A program made the position numbers and the translations under genes. This document shows positions 1-9,550 of a stretch of DNA of 15,202 bases, piece by piece. This DNA comes from Candidatus Micrarchaeota archaeon (lineage in GTDB: Archaea; Micrarchaeota; Micrarchaeia; Norongarragalinales; SBBD01). The first letter of the stretch is position 1. Every line of letters begins with the position of its first letter. Below the pieces are notes generated by a model. That model was not told the origin of the DNA and did no database searches. It saw only the letters and a program-made list of their open reading frames with translations. The DNA lies in assembly GCA_038046605.1 (NCBI GenBank), contig JBBSVW010000029.1, forward strand, positions 1-15,202, given 5' to 3'.

Positions 1-2
1 AA

Positions 3-602
3 ATCGAGAAAGGCATAATTGAAGGTGTCAATAAAGCAACCAAATCAATCCCCCTGCGCCCCAATTCTGTCGATCCCATAAGCAGGAAAAACATCGGCAA
101 TCACCCATTCATTAATTTGGAATTCTCGAACGATGATTTCATTGAAATTTCAGTAATCCCAAAGGGCGCGGGCTGCGAGAACATGTCAGCGCTTTTCATG
201 CTCCGGCCATCGGATGGAATGGAAGGAGTCCGGAAGGCCATTTTGAAGCACGTTGCGGAAAAGGCGAGGAACGCGTGCCCACCGATTGTGCTCGGAATCG
301 GGATGGGAGGGACGCCGGAAGAGGCGATGAAAGCAGCTAAAGAGAATCATCTCAAGCATTTGACGGAAAAAAATAAGGACGCTGAATTGGCACAAATGGA
401 ATTGCGCCTCCTAAATGAAATCAATGAGTTGGGAGTTGGAACAATGGGCTTAGGAGGCATCCGCACTGCCTTAGCTGTCAAAATTACAAAAATACCATGT
501 CACACCGCAAGCTTGCCTCTTGCCATCAACATTGAGTGCTGGGCGGATAGGAGGATGAAGGCCAGAATTTATGAGAATGGAGAGGTAAAATATTATGAAT
601 AG
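3..602 (+). CDS. fumA: Class I Fe-S fumarate hydratase (tartrate/fumarate family) alpha subunit, 5'-truncated by window edge
   Basis: Frame is open from base 3 (IEKGIIEGVNKATKSIPLRPNSVDP...), so the TTG at 117 is not the start. Family motifs: PLRPN, PKGAGCEN, NACPP, LGVGTMGLGG, HTASLP, CWADRR. The beta subunit follows. Confidence 0.93.
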   Translation: MEKGIIEGVNKATKSIPLRPNSVDPISRKNIGNHPFINLEFSNDDFIEISVIPKGAGCENMSALFMLRPSDGMEGVRKAILKHVAEKARNACPPIVLGIGMGGTPEEAMKAAKENHLKHLTEKNKDAELAQMELRLLNEINELGVGTMGLGGIRTALAVKITKIPCHTASLPLAINIECWADRRMKARIYENGEVKYYE

Positions 603-617
603 GGGGTTTGGGCATCC

Positions 618-654
618 GACCAAACTAAGGGGGATGTGCCCCCTTGGGTTGGTC
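618..654. other. GC-rich hairpin downstream of the fumarase alpha stop
   Basis: GACCAA-A-CTAAGGGGG-(ATGTG loop)-CCCCCTTGG-G-TTGGTC: a 15-bp stem (including one G.U pair) interrupted by one A/G mismatch. Confidence 0.8.
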
Positions 655-657
655 ATA

Positions 658-726
658 GAGTGCTGGGCTGACCGGAGGATGAGCGCACGAATCCACGAGA
701 ATGGAAAAATTGAATATTTCGAATAA
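658..726 (+). repeat. Diverged direct duplicate of the last 22 codons plus stop of fumarase alpha (534-602)
   Basis: ECWADRRMSARIHENGKIEYFE* vs ECWADRRMKARIYENGEVKYYE*; by hand count 51/69 nt and 16/22 aa identical, ungapped. Lies within a 43-codon ORF at 595-726. Confidence 0.93.
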
Positions 727-773
727 TGAATGAAGGCTAAACCAATTAATCAAATCGCGAGGAATTATCCTTT

Positions 774-1385
774 ATGAAATACGAGCTAAAAACGCCACTT
801 TCAAACGAGCAGGTAATAAAGCTTAGGCTAAACGATATCATTTACCTCTCGGGAAAGCTCTTTTCAATCCGGGATCAGGCAATGAGGCGGATTTTGGAGG
901 AAAAGCACCCGCATCCGGAATTGAAGAATGCCGCCATCTACAACTGCGGCCCTCTTGTTAGGAAAAAGGCGCAAGCAAAGGAAGGAGGCAAAAAAAGTAG
1001 CTCAAGCAAATCAAAAGGATCCGAATGGGAACTGATTTCAGCAGGCCCGACAACTTCCAGCCGGATGAATGATTTGGCGGTTGAATTCATCGAACGCTTT
1101 GGAGTGAGCGCAATCATCGGAAAGGGCGGAATGAATGAGAAGGTTTTGGAGGCAATGAAAGGAAAATGCGTTTACCTCTCGGCAGTCGGGGGATCCGGCG
1201 CAATTTCGGCGCAACAACTTAAAGTTACGGATGTTGAATGGGAGGATCTGGGGATGCCAGAAGCTTTCTGGAAATTAGATGCAAAAGGATTTGGTCCCCT
1301 GATTGTGAGCATGGACGCCAATGGCAATTCGCTTTATCAGGAAAACATTAGGGAAGTTGAGGCTAATCTGAAAAAACTAATTTAG
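774..1385 (+). CDS. fumB: Class I Fe-S fumarate hydratase beta subunit
   Basis: Motifs YLSG..FSIRDQA, IYNCGP, SAGPTTSSRM, IIGKGGM, DLGMPEA.W, FGPLIVSMDANGNSLY; adjacent to the alpha subunit. Confidence 0.93.
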   Translation: MKYELKTPLSNEQVIKLRLNDIIYLSGKLFSIRDQAMRRILEEKHPHPELKNAAIYNCGPLVRKKAQAKEGGKKSSSSKSKGSEWELISAGPTTSSRMNDLAVEFIERFGVSAIIGKGGMNEKVLEAMKGKCVYLSAVGGSGAISAQQLKVTDVEWEDLGMPEAFWKLDAKGFGPLIVSMDANGNSLYQENIREVEANLKKLI

Positions 1386-1411
1386 GATTCAAATAGTCCC
1401 ATGAAATCTGC

Positions 1412-2035
1412 TTATTCAAAATCTATTAATGGAATTACCCTGATGCGCCCCTTATGGACTGAACCAAAAACAATATTGCTCCGCTGAAAACCCGCCCTTT
1501 CCCTAAGCGAAAGCGATACGGCGCCAAAATCGCCAACATCAAATCCTTTGGCTTGCAGGTGCCTTAGTAATTTCCTCCCTCTGCCAGTTGTGCCTTCGAT
1601 AATTTCTTCTAGCGATGGAAGAGGATGGTAGGCCATTGCAACTATATTCGGGCTAACGGGATACACTCGAGGTTGGAGAAGGTCATACCCAAGCCCTTTT
1701 GCCTTGTTATGCCTCGAAACCCTGCGCCTTAGCAATGCTATTTGATTGCGTGAATTCTCAAAGCCCTCAATCTTCTTTAGAACCACCAGCCCGCCATTAA
1801 GGTTTCCTGGGATCCTATATAGCCTAACCCGCCTCCCCCAATCGGCGATATTTTGCCGGTCAACTGCCTTCCAAGTATTCCCATTTTTATCGCGATGGAC
1901 GCTGTCCCTAAGCTTTGCCCTATGGTCTGCAATTGGCATCCGCCCCATTCTCTCAAAAAATGCGGCCTCTCCAACCCGACGTATTTCATTGCGGATAAAT
2001 GATAGGATCCTCCTGGAAAGGGCTTTTGCCACCAT
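1412..2035 (-). CDS. Hypothetical Arg-rich protein with degenerate protein-kinase-like (Bud32/Kdo/APH-type) motifs
   Basis: 207-aa ORF filling the gap between fumB and cdc48, with a TATA-like CTTATTAT about 24-31 nt upstream. Motifs in kinase order: VVLKK, PRVY, VAMAY..PSLEE, SNIVF, LIDFE. Confidence 0.65.
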   Translation of the reverse strand: MVAKALSRRILSFIRNEIRRVGEAAFFERMGRMPIADHRAKLRDSVHRDKNGNTWKAVDRQNIADWGRRVRLYRIPGNLNGGLVVLKKIEGFENSRNQIALLRRRVSRHNKAKGLGYDLLQPRVYPVSPNIVAMAYHPLPSLEEIIEGTTGRGRKLLRHLQAKGFDVGDFGAVSLSLRERAGFQRSNIVFGSVHKGRIRVIPLIDFE

Positions 2036-2072
2036 ACCTACAAATAATTAGGCACTAAATAATAAGGTAGCG

Positions 2073-2084
2073 AAAAAACAAAAA
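2073..2084 (-). terminator. Oligo-T archaeal terminator after cdc48
   Basis: TTTTTGTTTTTT immediately follows the TGA stop on the minus strand. Confidence 0.55.
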
Positions 2085-4553
<2,469 letters not shown>

Positions 4554-5573
4554 CGCACCAATAACTACGACCTGTCCCCTGCTCTTGAGGCCGTCCATTG
4601 TGGTAAGTAGCTGGGATACAATTCGCTTTTCGACTTCGCCGACTACTTCCTCCCTCTTTGGGGCAATTGCGTCGAGTTCGTCTATGAAAATTATAGATGG
4701 CGCGTTGTCCTCCGCCTCCTGGAATATATTCCGGAGTTTTTCCTCAGCTTCCCCTACGAATTTGGAAACGATTTCGGGACCGTTGATTGTTATGAAGTGC
4801 GCTTCGGATTCGTTTGCCACAGCCTTTGCAAGGAGGGTTTTTCCTCCGCCGGGAGTTCCATAAATCAAGACTCCTTTTGGAGGCTCGATTCCCAGCCGTT
4901 CGAATAATTCAGGGTGGCGCATGGGGAGCTCGACCATCTCCCTGATCTTCTGCACTTCATCCTTCAGGCCGCCAATATCCTCATAGGAAATGGTGGCAAT
5001 TTTCCCAAGCTCCTTCATGGGCTCCTCTTTGAGCGTGACTTCGGTGGTTTCGTTGACAAGCACAATGCCGGTTGGGAGCGTTTGCGCAACCGCAAAAGGG
5101 AATGAGGTTCCAAAAACATTGACGGAAAGCACATCCCCTTTTGTGAGAGGTTTGCCCATCAGATTCTTCTTTACATAATCGGCAAAGCCAGGAGCGTACC
5201 TAGATGGCTGATTTGGCGCAAGTACAAGCTTCTTTGCGATTTTAGCATCGGCTTTGCTAATTTTGACGCGATCCCCAAGGCCTACGCCGGTATTTTGCCT
5301 TAAGATGCCATCCATGCGGATTATATTGGAGCCTTCATCCTGAGGGTGGGAGGGAAGGACTATTGCGCCGGTGGTTTTGCCCTTTCCGCCCTTGATTTGT
5401 ATTATATCGCCGGTTGTTAGGCCAAGGAGTTTTCGTGCCTGTGAATCAATCCTGACAATCCTTTTGCCGTAGTCTATCTGCATCGCTTCCGCGACTTTAA
5501 GCTCTATCTCATCAACCATAAGTGGAACACCGATTTTGCGAGTGAAAAGAAGTGGAATAACTTCGTAGCCAAT

Positions 5574-5581
5574 ATTTAAAT
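5574..5581 (-). promoter_or_regulatory. Putative TATA box for cdc48
   Basis: TTTAAATA on the minus strand about 55-62 nt upstream of ATG 5519, compatible with a short leader containing GGTG. Confidence 0.5.
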
Positions 5582-5613
5582 GGGTTGGGTTGATCTTAAA
5601 TTTTGCTTTCAGG

Positions 5614-5802
5614 TTATGGTTCCTTGGCATGATTTCGCTTGAATCCTTCGAAATCTATATTGGGCATTGAACCCCACATCTCATCTACTGTAGGCACTTT
5701 CCCTTTTTTGATTCTTTCCTCAACTTCCCTTGAAATTTCTTTCGCTAATTGCATTGGGTCTTTTTCACTTTTCGATCTCCGTCCCTTCGGTCTTTTTTTC
5801 AT
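5614..5802 (-). CDS. Small protein carrying a copy of the antitoxin C-terminal segment
   Basis: ATGA overlap with the PIN gene stop; C-terminus [15 protein letters not shown] matches GSMPRIDVAGFKKEH of the AbrB protein. Confidence 0.8.
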   Translation of the reverse strand: MKKRPKGRRSKSEKDPMQLAKEISREVEERIKKGKVPTVDEMWGSMPNIDFEGFKRNHAKEP

Positions 5803-6173
5803 AGCATCATCACGTCTTTCAACTTGGCGAAATCCTTATCCCCAGTGACAACTTTTGCACCTAACTGTTGCGCAGCGGCATAAGTGAATGCATCAATTGC
5901 TTTCAGGCCGTGCTTCAAACGCATCTCTGCGGCAAGCGTTGCGAGTTCGGCATCTATAGGAATTATCTGAGCTTCCGTTTTTATCATCGTTTCAAACTCC
6001 AGCAATTTCGCCCTGCCATATTTCTCAGCTACCCTGTAATGAACCTCGTACAAATTGCCTGCCGTAGTATAGAGTTCGCCCTGGTTTTGCTCAATCATTT
6101 TAACTACTTTGCTTCCAGCTGCGCCTTCTTCTAGGATTAAGATCCATGCGAACGTGTCGAGCATCAGTTTCAT
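5799..6173 (-). CDS. vapC: PIN-domain VapC-family toxin
   Basis: LMLDT, NLYEV, IDAFTYAAA, VVTGDKDF: conserved acidic PIN residues present; 124 aa; directly downstream of an AbrB-type gene. Confidence 0.92.
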   Translation of the reverse strand: MKLMLDTFAWILILEEGAAGSKVVKMIEQNQGELYTTAGNLYEVHYRVAEKYGRAKLLEFETMIKTEAQIIPIDAELATLAAEMRLKHGLKAIDAFTYAAAQQLGAKVVTGDKDFAKLKDVMML

Positions 6174-6392
6174 TCAATCATCCGCATCATGCTCCTTCTT
6201 GAAACCAGCAACATCAATCCGGGGCATGGAACCTAGGAAATCCCTTGCCCTCAAAATGGGCTTGAAAACCAGTTCCTGCCGCTCATGCTCGGTTACAACC
6301 TCAACTATGAATTTCCTCGCCGGCACCTGCTTGCGGATTTCTTTTGGGAGTACCACCCGCCCGCTGTCATCCACATTTACCACTATGTCCAT
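6174..6392 (-). CDS. vapB: AbrB/MazE/SpoVT-family antitoxin
   Basis: VDDSGRVVLPKEIRK swapped-hairpin signature; its stop abuts the PIN start (TGAATG); AGGTGG ribosome-binding site upstream. Confidence 0.9.
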   Translation of the reverse strand: MDIVVNVDDSGRVVLPKEIRKQVPARKFIVEVVTEHERQELVFKPILRARDFLGSMPRIDVAGFKKEHDADD

Positions 6393-6455
6393 TTATGCCA
6401 CCTTTTGAATTTATGGTAATTATTAGAAGAATGGCATTTTTAAGGGTTGTGGTAA
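6377..6455. promoter_or_regulatory. Toxin-antitoxin promoter with five RTGGYAW motifs at exact 18-bp spacing (putative operator array)
   Basis: Plus strand: TTACCAC 6377, ATGCCAC 6395 (both inverted), ATGGTAA 6413, ATGGCAT 6431, GTGGTAA 6449. A minus-strand TATA-like CTTAAAAA at 6437-6444 sits between the last two. Confidence 0.7.
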
Positions 6456-6458
6456 AAT

Positions 6459-7082
6459 TCACTTTCCTTCAAGTAGCGCTTTGCGTTTATCTAGGAAAAT
6501 CCTAATGGCGTCACGGGCTTCTGGAGGAATGCGATACGAAATATCTATCTGATTGCCCAGCTTATGCTTGAGCCAATCAGGCCTAATTGCAATCAGCAAT
6601 TTTCTTCTAACAAGGGGAGAGAGCATTTGATCGACAGCACGGGTAATGCTCATATGAAGAAGCGCAACTTGCAAATCAGACGTGTCATATTTTGGAAAGC
6701 CCATCTGTTTCAAATTTCGGTGTAGCTTAATAATTTCTTCTACTTCGCTCATTGGTTTGGAAATAATACGAAAGAATCTATTCGCATGACTTACCCTCGT
6801 GGCCAAATTAACTATTCTTCTTGCATCTGATTTTGAAGGCGACCATAATTTGCGCCGTTCACTTTCAAGTGCACGATCATATTCAGGCACCCCCCCGACA
6901 TCTTGCAAGTGAAAATGAAGTATGTGAGACCCCCTTAGCATTTCATCTGGATCATTTTTTGTGCGCCTTTTCACGAGATGCTCATTTGCTATATGCGATT
7001 TGGAAAGCATGATCAGTTGGGATCGCGAAAGATCCATGCGCTCCAATTGAGTTACCAATTTTTCAGTCGCTTTTGATGGCAT
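6459..7082 (-). CDS. Hypothetical basic protein
   Basis: 207-aa ORF starting immediately after the prenyl synthase stop (TAAATG); no family recognised. Confidence 0.7.
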   Translation of the reverse strand: MPSKATEKLVTQLERMDLSRSQLIMLSKSHIANEHLVKRRTKNDPDEMLRGSHILHFHLQDVGGVPEYDRALESERRKLWSPSKSDARRIVNLATRVSHANRFFRIISKPMSEVEEIIKLHRNLKQMGFPKYDTSDLQVALLHMSITRAVDQMLSPLVRRKLLIAIRPDWLKHKLGNQIDISYRIPPEARDAIRIFLDKRKALLEGK

Positions 7083-8141
7083 TTAGATTTTCCTCTCAAT
7101 CAGGTAGTCCGCGAACTCCTTGAGCTGTTTTTTTGCCTTCGAATTGGGAAGCACTTTTGAGAATTTTTCCCATGCATTCAATACCAGCTCTTTTGCTTTT
7201 CCTCCGGAATATTCGAGGGCGTCAGTTCCCCTAATTAATGAAATAGCTTCGCCAATGATAAGCTGGTTTTTGGTGTGGGAATTGAGTATGAAGAGGAGGC
7301 GTTGGCGCTGGTTTGGATTAAGCTGTTTTAATGCCCTAAGTACTATGAGCGTCCTCTTTCCTTCTGAGATATCCCCGCCGATTTCCTTTCCGTATCCCTC
7401 CGAAGCGGTCAGGTTCAATATATCGTCCTGAATCTGGAAGGCGATTCCGATTGATTCGGCAAATTCGCCGGCTAATTCGATGTTCTTTTGGGAAGCGCCT
7501 GCAAAGAGAGCACCAAGTTTTGCAGCCATCCTTGCCAAAGTGCCGGTTTTGAATGCGCACATCTGCAAATAGCCATCCTCGGAAATATCCGCATTTGTTC
7601 CCCGATGCCACAAGATGTCAAAGCCCTGCCCGTAGGAGAGGTTGATCATCTCCTGAACATAAATGGAATATGCTGAATTTATTATTTTGGGGGAAAACTT
7701 GGAGGGATTTTCAAGCAATATTTTCAGGGGCAGGTAATACATCGCATTTCCGGCGTTTATCGCAATATCTCCACCATAAATCTTGTGGATGGTTAGTTTT
7801 CCCCTGCGCAAATCCGAATTGTCCTCCACATCATCGACCATAAGAGTGCCATTATGGATGATTTCTGGAATGATGGAATATGGAAGGAGCTTTTTGGGGT
7901 TTGCGCCAAAGGCCTCCCCGCAAAGCAGCATCAATGCAGGACGCCACCTCTTCCCGCCCCTTCCAAGAAGATCCCAGATGGGCTCGTTAAGGGCAAGTCC
8001 GGCGCTTTTCTCATCGTATGAATAGCGCGCCTTTCCAAGTATGCGCAGAAGGTTTTTTTTGTCCGCCTTAGGGGGGAAAAAATACAAAATCTGCCTATCG
8101 ATTATTTTCCGCGTCTTTTTGAGGTTATTTTCGAGTGCCAT
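7083..8141 (-). CDS. Trans-polyprenyl diphosphate synthase (GGPP synthase family)
   Basis: GGKRWRP, FARM DDVEDNSDLRRG, GQGFD, KT, SARM FQIQDDILN, GDISEGK. Start reassigned to ATG 8141 (MALENN) with GGTTGAT upstream. Confidence 0.93.
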   Translation of the reverse strand: MALENNLKKTRKIIDRQILYFFPPKADKKNLLRILGKARYSYDEKSAGLALNEPIWDLLGRGGKRWRPALMLLCGEAFGANPKKLLPYSIIPEIIHNGTLMVDDVEDNSDLRRGKLTIHKIYGGDIAINAGNAMYYLPLKILLENPSKFSPKIINSAYSIYVQEMINLSYGQGFDILWHRGTNADISEDGYLQMCAFKTGTLARMAAKLGALFAGASQKNIELAGEFAESIGIAFQIQDDILNLTASEGYGKEIGGDISEGKRTLIVLRALKQLNPNQRQRLLFILNSHTKNQLIIGEAISLIRGTDALEYSGGKAKELVLNAWEKFSKVLPNSKAKKQLKEFADYLIERKI

Positions 8142-8220
8142 AGCATCAACCAGTAGATGAATGCAAACCTGTTTTAATAAGCTTATTTTCAATGAACGAT
8201 TTGAAATTGGGTAGCCTGCC

Positions 8221-8265
8221 AGGTATATAGCTAAAACTTAGCAAAAAACCTACCATTATATACCT
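8221..8265. repeat. 9-bp perfect inverted repeat in a divergent intergenic region
   Basis: AGGTATATA (8221-8229) and TATATACCT (8257-8265), separated by 27 bp. Confidence 0.6.
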
Positions 8266-8318
8266 AAAAACCCTAGTTTAATCCAAGAGGGAAAACAAGC
8301 AAAGGCGGCGAAAAGAGC

Positions 8319-9026
8319 ATGGTTCTCGAAGCGCTTTTTGGGAAAAAACAATTGGAAAAAACAAGGCCCGTTCAGGAGGAGCGGCTAGAAGGATTGCGTT
8401 TGGAAAATGCCGAATTGACCCTTCGGAATGAATTTTACCGGCGCATTATTGAAAAATACGCCGCCATGATCGATGAATACGAGGAAAAGACGGTCCCCGA
8501 GCTAAAATCGCTGATAAACAAGAACGATCCGGCAATCCTCGAGTTGAAGAAGCGCTTTTTGGACGAACTATTGGCGGATAAGATGAAGCGCGGGGGCACA
8601 TCTGCAGATTATGTTTTCTCCGAGGATTTCCTATTTGTCGCCGACAAAGTGTTCAAATACTGCCAGCAGCTTTCGCACATTCATGCTAACCTGCCCGTTT
8701 CATTCTGGCTTAACATGAAGGAGGTATCGCAGATGCAGGCAGCCGACCCCTTTGACCGGGCAATACTTCTCTGCTCGCTTCTTCGCGCCTTTGATGGAAT
8801 GGCAAAAATCCGCGTCCTTGAGCTGGAAAACAACCTGATCCATCCGGTTGTACTGATGGAATTCGAGGGGAAGAAATTCCTGCTGGATACAAACCAGAAG
8901 GAATCGCTATTGACATCATATTCCGGTTTGGATTTGAATGATGTGCTCAAATCATTCGGATATGACGGGAACAAATACCTCAAAAGCGCCTATGAGTTCA
9001 ATGATGAGGAGTATGTGGAATTTTAA
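8319..9026 (+). CDS. Coiled-coil plus transglutaminase-like domain protein, probably catalytically inactive
   Basis: FW....EV.....ADPFDRAILLCSLLRA resembles the GDCxDxAILLxSLLRA motif; the later HPVV and FLLD match the His/Asp strands. Confidence 0.75.
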   Translation: MVLEALFGKKQLEKTRPVQEERLEGLRLENAELTLRNEFYRRIIEKYAAMIDEYEEKTVPELKSLINKNDPAILELKKRFLDELLADKMKRGGTSADYVFSEDFLFVADKVFKYCQQLSHIHANLPVSFWLNMKEVSQMQAADPFDRAILLCSLLRAFDGMAKIRVLELENNLIHPVVLMEFEGKKFLLDTNQKESLLTSYSGLDLNDVLKSFGYDGNKYLKSAYEFNDEEYVEF

Positions 9027-9049
9027 AACCATCAAAGCATCAATTTCGT

Positions 9050-9550
9050 ATGGAAAAACGCATCATCATCAAGCATGCCAATCAGGCTGAGAATGTCCGT
9101 TTTGCGGTAAAGAATTTGCTTGAAGCTAGGCAAAATAGGTTTGAAGAATCCACCATGTCAGCTGCAGCATTCGGAGCGGTCGCATATGGCGCATCGATCC
9201 TCCTAGGCACTCCTTGGGAGGAAAAGCCCCCGTTAGATTTTCCCCATTGGGCACAGGGTATCATTTTGGGTCTTCCCTTAATTCCGGGAATTATTGCATA
9301 TAAAAAGCAGAGCAGGAAAGTCCGGATAGCAACTAACTCAATTGGAACAATTGCAAAATCTAAAAAAGTTGGCTTTCTCGACAGCAACAGACAAGTTCCT
9401 GCATCCCTCCTTGGAACAACGCATATCGGGCTTGTCCGAAAAAACGGCGATATCCACCTTCTACCAACAACGAAAAGAAACCTTAATCTCCTCAGGGCAC
9501 AGCGAACTTGGCTTAGGCACATCGTCCCAGGAAGATATAGGTTCGATTAG
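9050..9550 (+). CDS. Hypothetical protein with two hydrophobic segments and a basic C-terminus
   Basis: 166-aa ORF; TTTTAAAA 22-29 nt upstream of the ATG; hydrophobic stretches AAAFGAVAYGASILL and GIILGLPLIPGIIAY. Confidence 0.7.
   Translation: MEKRIIIKHANQAENVRFAVKNLLEARQNRFEESTMSAAAFGAVAYGASILLGTPWEEKPPLDFPHWAQGIILGLPLIPGIIAYKKQSRKVRIATNSIGTIAKSKKVGFLDSNRQVPASLLGTTHIGLVRKNGDIHLLPTTKRNLNLLRAQRTWLRHIVPGRYRFD

Noticed and set aside
534-726. Diversity-generating retroelement template/variable repeat pair
   Set aside because: The 18 differences are not adenine-specific in either copy and are largely synonymous or conservative; no reverse transcriptase is in the window.
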